This document shows, piece after piece, positions 43,234-53,457 of a stretch of DNA of 64,000 bases. The DNA lies in the NCBI GenBank assembly GCA_023404955.1, contig JAEXZY010000152.1:8716-72715 (forward strand), in the 5' to 3' direction. The stretch's first letter is position 1; every line of letters begins with the position of its first letter. A program made the position numbers and the translations under genes. Source of the DNA: Actinomycetes bacterium. GTDB taxonomy: Bacteria > Actinomycetota > Actinomycetes > Mycobacteriales > Mycobacteriaceae. The notes below the pieces were generated by a model. It was not told the origin of the DNA, made no database searches, and saw only the letters and a program-made list of their open reading frames with translations.

Positions 43234-44156
43234 ACCGGATCGTCGTCCTGACCAACCCGGCCTCGGGGCACGGCACGGCGCGCCACGCGGCCGAACGGGC
43301 GATCAGCCGCTTCCAGGCCCGCGGCGTCGACGTGGTCGCCCTCGTCGGCCGCGATCCGGCCCATGCCCGTGAACTCGTCGAGGGCGCATTGGAGCGTGGG
43401 ATGGACGCGCTGGTGGTGGTCGGCGGCGACGGCATCGTCTCGCTGGCCCTGCAGATCGTCGCCCAGACCTGGACCCCGCTGGGCATCATCCCGGCCGGCA
43501 CCGGCAACGACCACGCCCGCGCGTTCGGCATCCCTACGGGACCCGAGGCGGCCGCCGACGTCGTGGTCGACGGCGAGACAAGCACCGTCGACCTCGGGTT
43601 GATCACCGGCGCCGACGGCACCCGGCGATGGTTCGGCACGGTGATGGCGGCGGGCTTCGATTCCCTGGTCACCGACCGGACCAACCGGATGCGCTGGCCG
43701 CACGGGCGCATGCGCTACAACCTGGCGATGCTGGCCGAGATCTCGCAATTGCGGCTGCTGCCGTTCCGGCTCACGTTCGACGGCGCCGAGGTGCAGACCC
43801 AACTCACGTTGGCCGCGTTCGGGAACACGCGCAGCTACGGCGGCGGCATGCTGATCTGTCCCGGCGCAGATCCGACCGACGGGCTGTTCGACGTCACGAT
43901 GGTCGCGTCCGCATCCCGCACGCGGTTGGTCCGGCTGTTCCCGACGGTGTTCAAGGGCACGCATGTGAAGCTGCCGGAGGTGACGACCCGGCGCGCCGCG
44001 ACGATCACGGTCGACTGCCCCGGAATCTCGCCCTCGATGAATGCCTATGCCGACGGCGAGTACGTCTGTCCGCTGCCCGTGGAGCTCACCGTGGTGCCGG
44101 GCGCGCTGACGGTACTGCGACCGGCTACCGGGCCCGCTACCCGACCCCGCGGCTGA
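43230..44156 (+). CDS. dagK: Diacylglycerol kinase family lipid kinase (Rv2252-like)
   Basis: NPASG, GGDG, PAGTGND, YGGG, ADGE. Confidence 0.9.
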   Translation: MNRIVVLTNPASGHGTARHAAERAISRFQARGVDVVALVGRDPAHARELVEGALERGMDALVVVGGDGIVSLALQIVAQTWTPLGIIPAGTGNDHARAFGIPTGPEAAADVVVDGETSTVDLGLITGADGTRRWFGTVMAAGFDSLVTDRTNRMRWPHGRMRYNLAMLAEISQLRLLPFRLTFDGAEVQTQLTLAAFGNTRSYGGGMLICPGADPTDGLFDVTMVASASRTRLVRLFPTVFKGTHVKLPEVTTRRAATITVDCPGISPSMNAYADGEYVCPLPVELTVVPGALTVLRPATGPATRPRG

Positions 44157-44649
44157 GCCAGCTGACCTCGGCGCCCACCCCGCCGTCGCGGTAGGCCTCG
44201 AGCGCTTCGTCCCAGGCGGTGCCCAACACGGAGTCCAGTTCCGCAGCCAGCATGTCGGCGCCGGACGCCATCAGCGTGCGCAACCGCATCTCCCCGACCA
44301 TCACGTCGCCGTTGGCGCTCATCGCGCCGCTCCACAGGCCGAGCTGCGGGGTGTGGCACCAGCGGTGCCCGTCGACGCCGTGGCTCGGGTCCTCGGTCAC
44401 CTCGAACCGCAACACCGACCAGGACCGCAGGGCGTTCGCCAGCTGAGCGCCGGTGCCCACAGGCCCCACCCAGTTCGTCACGGCACGCAGCTGCCCGGGC
44501 ATGGCCGGTTGCGGCGTCCACTTCAAGTTCGCCCTCGCGTTGAGGGTCGACGACAACGCCCACTCGACGTGCGGGCACACCGCCGCGGGTGAGGCATGTA
44601 CGTACACCACACCCGTCGTCGTGTCGGCGAATTGATTCGCAGCACGCAT
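44137..44649 (-). CDS. DUF3145 protein (Rv2256c-like)
   Basis: CPHVEWAL, LRFEVTED; AAGGAG RBS. Confidence 0.9.
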   Translation of the reverse strand: MRAANQFADTTTGVVYVHASPAAVCPHVEWALSSTLNARANLKWTPQPAMPGQLRAVTNWVGPVGTGAQLANALRSWSVLRFEVTEDPSHGVDGHRWCHTPQLGLWSGAMSANGDVMVGEMRLRTLMASGADMLAAELDSVLGTAWDEALEAYRDGGVGAEVSWLSRGVG

Positions 44650-44768
44650 CTGTTGCTCCTTCGGCTCCACGAGGGACGTCTTCCCCAACGACCTGGTGGT
44701 TTCCGAGTGAGTCAGCAGATGTAATTGTGCCTTTCGAGGCAATTGTGCCTTGTGAGACGCGTGTTGCG

Positions 44769-45593
44769 CTAGTCCGCCCGGTAATCTCTCAGAACTTCAT
44801 CAGACAGGGCGGGCATCACCTCGTGCGCCCAGTCGCCGAACGGCCGGTCGGTGAGCACGACCAGGGCCAACGCCGCGTCGGGGTCCACCCACAGGAACGT
44901 GCCCGACTGGCCGAAGTGCCCGAAGGTCCGCGCGGAGTTGTGCGCCCCGGTCCAGTGCGGTGTTTTGCCGTCCCGCAGTTCGAAGCCCAGCCCCCAGTCG
45001 TTGGGCCGCTGCCTGCCGAACCCCGGCAGCACCCCGTCGAGACCGGGGAACTGCACCGACGTCGCTGCCTCGTGCATCTGCTCCGAGACGAGGGTCGGTG
45101 TCAGCAGCTCCCGCGCGAACACCGTCAGGTCCGCCACCGTCGACGACGCGCCGTAGCCGGCCGCCGGGGCACCTCCGTCGAGGCTGGTGTCGGACATACC
45201 CAGGGGGCCGAACACCGATTCGGACAGATAGTCGGTGAACGGGATGCCCGACTCGCGTTCCAGCACCTCGGCCGCCACGGCGAACCCGTGGTTGGAGTAG
45301 ATCCGCCGGGTGCCCGGTGCGGCCAACACCTTCTCCGAGGTCATGTCGTAGCCCGCCGTGTGCGCCAGCAGGTGCCGGATCGTGGCGCCTGGCGGCCCCG
45401 CCGGGGTCTCGAGGTCGAACACGCCTTCCTCGACCGCCACCTGTACGGCGCGCGCGGCGAGCAGCTTGGTCACCGAGGCGAGGGGAAACGTCTGCGTCTG
45501 GTCGCCGTGATGGGCCAGCGTGTCATCCGGGCCGACGACCGCGGCGGCGACGGTCGGGACGGGCCAGTCGGCCAGGGCGTCGAGTGCGCTCAT
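44769..45593 (-). CDS. Beta-lactamase-like serine hydrolase (Rv2257c-like)
   Basis: ASVTK, YSN, GHFGQSG. Confidence 0.92.
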   Translation of the reverse strand: MSALDALADWPVPTVAAAVVGPDDTLAHHGDQTQTFPLASVTKLLAARAVQVAVEEGVFDLETPAGPPGATIRHLLAHTAGYDMTSEKVLAAPGTRRIYSNHGFAVAAEVLERESGIPFTDYLSESVFGPLGMSDTSLDGGAPAAGYGASSTVADLTVFARELLTPTLVSEQMHEAATSVQFPGLDGVLPGFGRQRPNDWGLGFELRDGKTPHWTGAHNSARTFGHFGQSGTFLWVDPDAALALVVLTDRPFGDWAHEVMPALSDEVLRDYRAD

Positions 45594-45642
45594 CGGTGAT
45601 GAGCCTAGCGACGGCGCGGGGGTGACCCATTAGGGTTCAGAC

Positions 45643-46728
45643 ATGACTCAGACGGTGCGCGGAGTGATCTCCCGTTCGAAGGGCCAGCCGGTCGAGGTGG
45701 TGGACATCGTGATCCCCGATCCGGGGCCGGGCGAGGTCGTGGTCGACATCCAGGCCTGCGGGGTGTGCCACACGGATCTGCACTACCGCGAGGGTGGCAT
45801 CAACGACGAGTTCCCGTTCCTGCTCGGTCACGAGGCCGCCGGCATCGTCGAGACGGTCGGCGAGGGGGTCACCAACGTCGAGCCCGGCGACTTCGTGATC
45901 CTGAACTGGCGCGCGGTGTGCGGTCAGTGCCGCGCGTGCAAGCGCGGCCGTCCGCATCTGTGCTTCGACACTCACAACGCCGCGCAGAAGATGACGCTGA
46001 CCGACGGCACCGAGCTGACTCCCGCGCTGGGTATCGGCGCGTTCGCCGACAAGACCCTGGTCCACGAAGGTCAGTGCACCAAGGTCGATCCGGCCGCCGA
46101 CCCCGCCGCGGCGGGGCTGCTGGGCTGCGGCGTGATGGCCGGTGTGGGCGCGGCGATCAACACCGGCGCGGTCAACCGAGACGACACCGTGGCCGTCATC
46201 GGCTGCGGCGGCGTCGGTGACGCCGCGATCGCCGGTGCCGCCCTCGTCGGTGCGAAGCGGATCATCGCCGTCGACATGGACAACCGGAAACTGGAGTGGG
46301 CCCGGCAGTTCGGGGCCACCCACACGATCAACGCCAAGGAACTCGACGCCATCGAGACCATTCAGGATCTCACCGACGGCTTCGGCGCGGACGTCGTGAT
46401 CGACGCGGTCGGGCGGCCCGAGACGTGGAAGCAGGCGTTCTACGCGCGTGACCTCGCCGGCACCGTGGTCCTGGTCGGTGTCCCGACGCCCGACATGACG
46501 CTCGACATGCCGCTCATCGACTTCTTCTCCCGCGGTGGATCGTTGAAGTCATCGTGGTACGGCGACTGCCTGCCCGAGCGGGATTTCCCGACGCTGATCT
46601 CGCTGTATCTGCAGGGCCGGTTCCCGCTCGACAAGTTCGTCTCCGAACGCATCGGACTCGACCAGATCGAAGACGCCTTCGGAAAGATGCACGCCGGAGA
46701 GGTGCTCCGCTCGGTGGTGGTCCTGTGA
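45643..46728 (+). CDS. mscR: S-(hydroxymethyl)mycothiol dehydrogenase / S-nitrosomycothiol reductase
   Basis: CGVCHTD, GHE, CGQCRAC...C, GCGGVG, SSWYGDC. Confidence 0.95.
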   Translation: MTQTVRGVISRSKGQPVEVVDIVIPDPGPGEVVVDIQACGVCHTDLHYREGGINDEFPFLLGHEAAGIVETVGEGVTNVEPGDFVILNWRAVCGQCRACKRGRPHLCFDTHNAAQKMTLTDGTELTPALGIGAFADKTLVHEGQCTKVDPAADPAAAGLLGCGVMAGVGAAINTGAVNRDDTVAVIGCGGVGDAAIAGAALVGAKRIIAVDMDNRKLEWARQFGATHTINAKELDAIETIQDLTDGFGADVVIDAVGRPETWKQAFYARDLAGTVVLVGVPTPDMTLDMPLIDFFSRGGSLKSSWYGDCLPERDFPTLISLYLQGRFPLDKFVSERIGLDQIEDAFGKMHAGEVLRSVVVL

Positions 46729-47348
46729 GCGCCATCCAGCGGCTCGTCACCAGCGGTACGTTCGAGCTCGACGGCGGCAGCTGGGACGTCGACAACAACA
46801 TCTGGCTCGTCGGCGACGACACCGACGTCGTGGTGTTCGACGCCGCCCACAGCGCGGCGCCGATCATCGAGGCGGTCGGCGGCCGCAACGTCGTCGCGGT
46901 GGTGTGCACCCACGGCCACAACGATCACGTCACGGTGGCGCCCGAACTCGGCAAGGCCCTCGACGCCCCGGTCCTGCTCCACCCCGCCGACGATGTCCTG
47001 TGGCGGATGACGCACCCCGACAGTGACTTCCGCGCGGTGGAGGACGGCGAGACGCTCCAGGTGGCCGGCATCGAACTGCGTGCGCTGCACACCCCCGGCC
47101 ACTCGCCGGGCTCGGTCTGCTGGCATGCGCCGGAGCTGACCGCCGTCTTCAGCGGCGACACGCTGTTCAACGGTGGACCGGGTGCCACCGGGCGGTCCTT
47201 CTCGGACTTCCCGACGATCCTCGAGTCCATCTCGGGACGGTTGGGCGCGCTGCCCGGCGACACCGTGGTGTACACCGGCCACGGTGATTCCACCACCGTG
47301 GGAGACGAGATCGTGCACTACGACGAGTGGGTGGCCCGCGGCAGCTGA
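46725..47348 (+). CDS. MBL-fold hydrolase (Rv2260-like)
   Basis: [26 protein letters not shown] overlap with mscR. Confidence 0.93.
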   Translation: MSAIQRLVTSGTFELDGGSWDVDNNIWLVGDDTDVVVFDAAHSAAPIIEAVGGRNVVAVVCTHGHNDHVTVAPELGKALDAPVLLHPADDVLWRMTHPDSDFRAVEDGETLQVAGIELRALHTPGHSPGSVCWHAPELTAVFSGDTLFNGGPGATGRSFSDFPTILESISGRLGALPGDTVVYTGHGDSTTVGDEIVHYDEWVARGS

Positions 47349-47366
47349 GCCGCCATCACGACGGCG

Positions 47367-48077
47367 TCACTGACCGTCGAGGATGCGTCGCTTCTCGGCC
47401 TCGAATTCGGCGTCGGTCAATGCTCCTGAGTCGCGCAGCGCCGCCAGGTGTTCGAGCTGGTAGCTGTGCACCGGAGGCGGGACCGGGCCCGGCCACTGCG
47501 CGTCATCGAGTATCACCGGGCCGGGGACCGGCTGCGGCGCCTGGTCCGCCCGGATCCACCAGGGCAGCCCCGCGCAGATCCCGAGCACCCCGAGCGCGAT
47601 GAGCCCGCCGGAGACCCACAGCGGCCAGTCCGACGAGCTGTCGGCACCGAACGCGAGCCGGGGTTGGATGTAGCCGCCGACCGAACCCTCCGCGCGCACG
47701 TCATAAACGCTGTGCTGGGCGACCTGAAGGGTCCAGATGCGTACGTGCACATCGTTTTTCACCGACGTCGTTGAACCGACCTCTTCGGTCAGCTCCGGAT
47801 CGGGCACGCCGTCGGGGGCGTCGATGCGCAACCTCAGCGGGGGCACCGGGAAGCCGCCGTCGATGCCGCCCGGTACCGCGGTGTGGAAGTTGACCGTCAC
47901 CTCACCGGCCGGCAGTGTGACCCGGCCCGACCCCGGCACCGGGATCTCGCCGTAGGCGTCGAAGTCGTCGTAGACGAAGGCACTGAGTGCGAGTGTCAGG
48001 ATCAGGCCGACCACACCGACGATCAGAGTCACGGCAGCGCCGATCACCGTGATCCGAGGGGCGGCCGGTCTCTTCAC
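47367..48077 (-). CDS. Membrane protein with C-terminal SHOCT domain
   Basis: Two hydrophobic segments; LAALRDSGALTDAEFEAEKRRIL; start uncertain. Confidence 0.8.
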   Translation of the reverse strand: MKRPAAPRITVIGAAVTLIVGVVGLILTLALSAFVYDDFDAYGEIPVPGSGRVTLPAGEVTVNFHTAVPGGIDGGFPVPPLRLRIDAPDGVPDPELTEEVGSTTSVKNDVHVRIWTLQVAQHSVYDVRAEGSVGGYIQPRLAFGADSSSDWPLWVSGGLIALGVLGICAGLPWWIRADQAPQPVPGPVILDDAQWPGPVPPPVHSYQLEHLAALRDSGALTDAEFEAEKRRILDGQ

Positions 48078-48144
48078 GCGCGTCAGTGTCGCACGCCGGG
48101 CTTTTCGTCGGCGCGAACCGCGAGCAAGGACTACCGTCTCGAAG

Positions 48145-49227
48145 ATGCCCGAGTCGAGCATCGTGGTACGACCGGAACCGGTCGACAGCGGTACCTACAC
48201 CGCTGGGTCCCGGCTGCAGGCCGCCGGGTTGACGCGGGCGACGGAGATCTTCACCGAGGCCGCGGCCGCCGTACCGCTGCCGACCCCGCCGCAGCCGATC
48301 GTGCTGGCCGATTACGGCGCGGGGACAGGGCACGCCGCGCTGTTGCCGTTCGGCGCGGCGATCTCGGTGTTGCGCAACAGAACCCGCTCGGAGCACTCGG
48401 TGTTCGTCGCCCACACCGACCGGCCCGACAACGACTTCACCGCGTTGTTTCGGACGCTGGAGGAAGACCCCGACACCTATCTGGCCAAGGACCGGGCGAC
48501 CTTCGCCTCCGCAGTCGGCCGGTCGTTCTATTCACAGATCCTGCCGTCCAACAGCGTGAATCTGGGCTGGAGCGCGTGGGCGATCCAGTGGCTGAGCCAG
48601 GTGCCTGCGCCCATCGTGGGCCCGCACCTGCAGGTGGCCACCTGCGGCGACCCGGAACTGCAGGCGGCCTACGCCAAGCAGGCCGCCCGGGACTGGCACG
48701 AGTTCGTGGCGTTCCGCGGCCGCGAGCTGAGCCCGGGCGGGCGGCTCGTCGTGACCACGATGGGTGTCGGCGAGGACGGCGAGGCAGGTTTCCGGCCGCT
48801 GCTGTCGGCGATGACCGACGCGCTCGCCGAGGTGACGGGCGCCGGCGTGATCAGCGCCGAGGAGTCCGCGCGGATGTGTATCCCGACCGTGTCCCGGCAG
48901 GCTGCCGATTTCACGGCGCCGTTCGCCCCGTCGGGGATCTTCGAGCGCCTGCAGATCGAGCATCTGGAGATCGTCGACGCGCAGGATCGGTTCTGGGACC
49001 GTTATCAGGCCGACAAGGACGCCAGGGAGTTCGGGGCGCGCTGGGCCGGCTTCGCGCGAGCGTCGATCTTCGCCGCACTGACGACGGCGCTCGACGGCGG
49101 CCTGGCGAACCCGCGCTGCGCCGACCTGCACGAGCGGCTGGAGAAGGGTGTCGCCGACCGTCTGGCGGCCGCGCCGGAGCGGACCCGGATCCCGCTCGCC
49201 TACGTCGTTCTCCAGAAGCGCCGCTGA
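48145..49227 (+). CDS. SABATH-like SAM-dependent carboxyl methyltransferase
   Basis: LADYGAGTG, DRPDNDF, SFYSQILP, QWLS, RELSPGG; TACCGT -10 seven nt before ATG. Confidence 0.85.
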   Translation: MPESSIVVRPEPVDSGTYTAGSRLQAAGLTRATEIFTEAAAAVPLPTPPQPIVLADYGAGTGHAALLPFGAAISVLRNRTRSEHSVFVAHTDRPDNDFTALFRTLEEDPDTYLAKDRATFASAVGRSFYSQILPSNSVNLGWSAWAIQWLSQVPAPIVGPHLQVATCGDPELQAAYAKQAARDWHEFVAFRGRELSPGGRLVVTTMGVGEDGEAGFRPLLSAMTDALAEVTGAGVISAEESARMCIPTVSRQAADFTAPFAPSGIFERLQIEHLEIVDAQDRFWDRYQADKDAREFGARWAGFARASIFAALTTALDGGLANPRCADLHERLEKGVADRLAAAPERTRIPLAYVVLQKRR

Positions 49228-49228
49228 G

Positions 49229-50314
49229 TCAGCGGATGGTGCCGACACCCGGGATCAGCGGCAGGTCCAGGGCCGTGACCCACCCGGGTGAGAGTGCGTT
49301 GACCGCCGGCACCGCGTTGAGCGCCCGCAGCCCGGTGGCCAGACAGCCGGCGGCCGCGGCGTCCCGGCCGGAGCCGTCGGTGAACCGGAACGCCGTCTCC
49401 TGGCTGATGCTGGGCGTGCCCTCGATGTCGACGCGGTACACGTCGTTCTCGGTGCCCGACGGCCAGTCCGGCGCGGCGTCGTTGCCGATCCGGTTGACGT
49501 GCTCGAGCTGGATGCGTGTCTCGCCGCGATAGACGCCGTTGATCGTGAACCGCACCGCCGCAACGTTTCCTGCCGCGATGACGCCCTTGGCGGTCGGTCG
49601 ATCAACGGGCGTCACCCACTTCTCCCACGTCGTGGTGATCTCGTCGAGCATGATGCCCGCGGCGTGGGCGATCATCGGAACTGTTGCACCCCAGGCGAAC
49701 ACGAGGATGTCGGAGTTCTCCAGCATCGCCCGGTACTCCGGCGGCCTGCCGATCCCCATCTCCCGGTCGTAGTCACCGGTGTAGTTGGTGTAGTCCAGCA
49801 ACTCCGAGGCGCGTACGGTGCGGACTTGCGAACACAGGCCCATCAGCGTCATCGGGAACAGGTCGTTGGCGAAGCCGGGGTCGATGCCGGTGGTGAAGCA
49901 TGACGACTCCCCCAATTCACAGGCAACCGTGACGGGCTCGATCCAATTGGGCGGATTCAGATGCATGGTCGGCCAGATCCACGGCGTCATCGCGGTCGAG
50001 CACACATCTATTCCGGCACGCAGGAACCGGGTGATCACCTCGATGTTGGTGTCGGCGTGCGCGGCGGTCGGGCCATAGTGCACCAGAGCGTCGGGTTTCA
50101 ACGCGATCAGCGCGTCGATGTCGTCGGTGGCGGTCACGTCCAGCGGCGCTTGCAGTCCGCAGATCTCGGCGACGTCGCGGCCCACCTTGTCCGGGTTGCT
50201 CACCCCCACGCCGACGAGTTCGAAGCCGGGATGGTCGACGACCTCGGCGATCACCATCGAGCCGACGAACCCGGTCCCCCAGATGACGATCCGCTTCGCT
50301 TCCGCGCGTGTCAT
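49229..50314 (-). CDS. DapB-like / amine dehydrogenase family NAD(P) oxidoreductase
   Basis: WGTGFVG, KVGRD, TGIDPGF, NAVPAV. Confidence 0.82.
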   Translation of the reverse strand: MTRAEAKRIVIWGTGFVGSMVIAEVVDHPGFELVGVGVSNPDKVGRDVAEICGLQAPLDVTATDDIDALIALKPDALVHYGPTAAHADTNIEVITRFLRAGIDVCSTAMTPWIWPTMHLNPPNWIEPVTVACELGESSCFTTGIDPGFANDLFPMTLMGLCSQVRTVRASELLDYTNYTGDYDREMGIGRPPEYRAMLENSDILVFAWGATVPMIAHAAGIMLDEITTTWEKWVTPVDRPTAKGVIAAGNVAAVRFTINGVYRGETRIQLEHVNRIGNDAAPDWPSGTENDVYRVDIEGTPSISQETAFRFTDGSGRDAAAAGCLATGLRALNAVPAVNALSPGWVTALDLPLIPGVGTIR

Positions 50315-50327
50315 GGCGATCCCCCGG

Positions 50328-50840
50328 CTAGAAGCAGCGCCGTAGCCCACCGGGTTCACAGATCAACGGATATCGGTCGACCGGGGTCGCGAGCGGCTCC
50401 TTGTAGGCCATCGTGAACCGCGTCGTGATGATGCCCGGTGGCAGACCACAGTTGCCGTTGTGCTGTGTCTGCCGGGTTCCCGACATCGTCACGTCGTCGA
50501 ACTTCACCACCTCCACCGTCGGCGCCCACGAGCCGTCCGGGCACTGCATGCCGCGGTCCTTGGGCGTGGTGAAGGCCCATTGGCCGCCGGTGAGCACGGC
50601 ATCGCCGCCGACCAGGTCAGTACTCGCCTGCACGTGCATGCGGCAGCCGACCGGCAGGTACAACGCCTCGCGCAGGTCACCGACGACGGGCACGCAGGAC
50701 GGGAAGATCGTCCAGGTGCCGGGCTTGGCGCCTTCGGGGGTGATGGTGAAAACACCCTCCAGGACCTGATCGGCCTGGGCCGGGGCGGCGACACCCACTG
50801 CTGCGCAGACGCCGAACAGGAACGCGGCCAGAGTGCGCAT
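50328..50840 (-). CDS. Small secreted Cys-containing protein
   Basis: Signal peptide ending APAQA; six Cys in mature part. Confidence 0.75.
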   Translation of the reverse strand: MRTLAAFLFGVCAAVGVAAPAQADQVLEGVFTITPEGAKPGTWTIFPSCVPVVGDLREALYLPVGCRMHVQASTDLVGGDAVLTGGQWAFTTPKDRGMQCPDGSWAPTVEVVKFDDVTMSGTRQTQHNGNCGLPPGIITTRFTMAYKEPLATPVDRYPLICEPGGLRRCF

Positions 50841-50950
50841 GATCGTCACGCCGGTGAGTATTTCAGCCGCGAGTAGACAAAGTCACGGGTTTGCCCATTC
50901 GCGCCATCGGGTAGATAGACAGCACTGGCTCGAGTACCGGGGTGGTGAAT

Positions 50951-52492
50951 ATGGCGAGGACGGCGGTGCGTACCGCTGTCCTCGTCATCTGTGTGCTCAT
51001 GGCCTCGCTGACGGGATGCTCGACGGGCAGCCGTGTAGACCTCGGCGAGGGTGCGGCCGGATCGCTGATCGTCGCGATCGCCGGTGAACCCGACCAGCTC
51101 GACCCGCACAAGACCACCGCCTACTTCTCGTTCGAGGTGCTGGAGAACGTGTTCGACACACTCGTCGAACCCGACGAGAACCTCCAGATGCGGCCCGCTC
51201 TGGCGACGTCGTGGGAGGTCTCCCCCGACCAGCGGACGTGGACGTTCCACCTGCGCCCCGGCGTGAAGTTCCATGACGGCAGTCCGCTCACCGCCGATGA
51301 CGTCGTGTTCTCGTACCGTCGGATCATCGACGAGAAGCTCGCCAACTCCGACAAATTCAGTGCGGTCACCGCGGTCGAGGCCCCCGATCCGGCGACCGTG
51401 GTGATCCGCGTGAGCCGGCCGACGCCGAACATCCTCACCAACATCGGCGGTTTCAAGGGCATGGCGATCGTCTCGCGGCGCAACGTCGAGAGCGGGCAGA
51501 TCGCCACCAACCCGGTCGGCACCGGGCCGTTTCGCTTCGCCGGACAGAAGAGCGGTGACTCGATCTCGCTGGTGGCCAACCCCGACTACTGGGACGGTCC
51601 GCCCGGGGTTCCCGGGGTGACGTTCCGGTTCATCTCCGAGCCGTCGACGGCGCTGTCGGCTCTGCAGGCGGGAGAGGTGGACTGGACGGATTCGATTCCG
51701 CCCCAACGTGTCCGCCAACTCTCCGACGACGACTCGATACGGCTTTCAGTCACGCCGAGCAACGACTACTGGTACCTCGCTCTGAATGAGGCCAAGCCCC
51801 CGTGGAACGACGTGCGCGTGCGCCAGGCGATCGCCTACGCGATCGACCGCGATGCGATCGTCGCGGCAACGAGTTACGGCACCGCGAAGGTCAACGAACT
51901 GGCGATCCCGGAGGGAAACCCGTGGTACACCCCGTATGACCGCTACCGCAGCGGCGGGCTGGACAAGGCCCGCGAGCTGCTGACCGAGGCGGGCGTCACC
52001 CCGGGCGACCTCGACATGCTGGTCACCACCGAGTATCCGGAGACGGTGACCGCCGCACAGATCATCGCCGACAACCTTGCCCCGCTCGGATTCACGGTGA
52101 AGATTCGCACCGTCGACTTCGCAACATGGCTCGACGAACAGAACTCGGGGAACTTCGACATGCTGATGCTCGGCTGGCTGGGCAACATCGACCCCGACGA
52201 CTTCTACTACGCCCAGCACCACACCGACGGCTCGAGCAACGCGCAGAAGTTCTCCGATCCGGAGGTCGACAGACTGCTCGACGCCGGTCGCGTGGAGACC
52301 GATCCCGCCGCCCGCAAGTCCGACTATGCCCGCGCCGCAACGTTGATCGCCGACAAGGTGAGCTACATCTACCTGTACAACTCGTCGGTGATCCAGGCGT
52401 GGAACCCGGCGCTGACCGGATACGAGGCCCGCCGCGACGGCGCCGTGCGCTTCCGCCATGCGGTACTGGACAAGGGCGGCGATGCCTCGTGA
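50951..52492 (+). CDS. Peptide/nickel ABC transporter substrate-binding lipoprotein (family 5)
   Basis: Lipobox LTGC, LRPGVKFHDG, PVGTGPF. Confidence 0.94.
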   Translation: MARTAVRTAVLVICVLMASLTGCSTGSRVDLGEGAAGSLIVAIAGEPDQLDPHKTTAYFSFEVLENVFDTLVEPDENLQMRPALATSWEVSPDQRTWTFHLRPGVKFHDGSPLTADDVVFSYRRIIDEKLANSDKFSAVTAVEAPDPATVVIRVSRPTPNILTNIGGFKGMAIVSRRNVESGQIATNPVGTGPFRFAGQKSGDSISLVANPDYWDGPPGVPGVTFRFISEPSTALSALQAGEVDWTDSIPPQRVRQLSDDDSIRLSVTPSNDYWYLALNEAKPPWNDVRVRQAIAYAIDRDAIVAATSYGTAKVNELAIPEGNPWYTPYDRYRSGGLDKARELLTEAGVTPGDLDMLVTTEYPETVTAAQIIADNLAPLGFTVKIRTVDFATWLDEQNSGNFDMLMLGWLGNIDPDDFYYAQHHTDGSSNAQKFSDPEVDRLLDAGRVETDPAARKSDYARAATLIADKVSYIYLYNSSVIQAWNPALTGYEARRDGAVRFRHAVLDKGGDAS

Positions 52493-53457
52493 CTGCGGTT
52501 CTGACCCACCCGATCGCCCGGTTCGTCGCACGCCGGGTGCTGTATTCGCTGATCGTGTTGCTGGGCGTCACCGTGGTGGTGTTCGCGCTCGTACACCTGG
52601 TGCCCGGCGATCCGGTCCGCATCGCGCTGGGCACCCGCTACACCCCCGAGGCGTACGAGGCGTTGCGCAGCGCCAGCGGGTTGGACCGCCCGATCCTGTC
52701 GCAGTTCTTCGGCTATGTCGGCTCGGCGCTCACCGGTGATCTCGGCGTGAGCTTCCGCAACGGCGACCCGGTGACCGTCACCCTGATGGAACGGCTGCCC
52801 GCCACCCTGTCGCTGGGGCTGGCCGGCATCGTCATCGCCGCGCTGATCGCGCTGCCCGCCGGCACGTACTCGGCGCTGCGGGAGGGCCGCCTCAGTGACG
52901 CCATCGTGCGCGTGACCAGTCAGTTCGGCGTGTCGATCCCCGACTTCTGGCTGGGCATCCTGCTGATCGGCCTGTTCTCGACCACGCTCGGTTGGCTGCC
53001 CACCTCGGGATACCGGCCGCTGTTCTCCGATCCCGTGGGCTGGCTGAGCCACATCATCCTGCCCGGGCTCACAGTCGGTGTCGTCGCCGCGGCGATCATG
53101 ACCCGCTACGTGCGCGCCGCGGTACTCGACGTCGCCGCGATGGGCTACGTGCGGACCGCGCGGTCCAAAGGCCTGTCCCCGCGCGTCGTCACGTTCCGCC
53201 ACACAGTGCGCAATGCGCTGGTCCCCATCCTGACCATCACCGGCATCCAACTCGCCACGCTGCTCGGTGGCGTGATCGTCGTCGAGGTGGTCTTCGCGTG
53301 GCCGGGCCTGGGCCGGCTCGTCTACAACGCGGTCGCCGCCCGCGACTACCCCGTGATCCAGGGCGCGGTGCTGCTGATCGCCGTCCTGTTCCTGGCGATC
53401 AACCTGCTCGTCGACGTGCTCTACGCGGTGGTCGACCCGAGGATCCGGCTGGCATGA
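52489..53457 (+). CDS. ABC permease (DppB-like)
   Basis: PGDP, TARSKGL, RDYPVIQG, DPRI. Confidence 0.94.
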   Translation: MTAVLTHPIARFVARRVLYSLIVLLGVTVVVFALVHLVPGDPVRIALGTRYTPEAYEALRSASGLDRPILSQFFGYVGSALTGDLGVSFRNGDPVTVTLMERLPATLSLGLAGIVIAALIALPAGTYSALREGRLSDAIVRVTSQFGVSIPDFWLGILLIGLFSTTLGWLPTSGYRPLFSDPVGWLSHIILPGLTVGVVAAAIMTRYVRAAVLDVAAMGYVRTARSKGLSPRVVTFRHTVRNALVPILTITGIQLATLLGGVIVVEVVFAWPGLGRLVYNAVAARDYPVIQGAVLLIAVLFLAINLLVDVLYAVVDPRIRLA

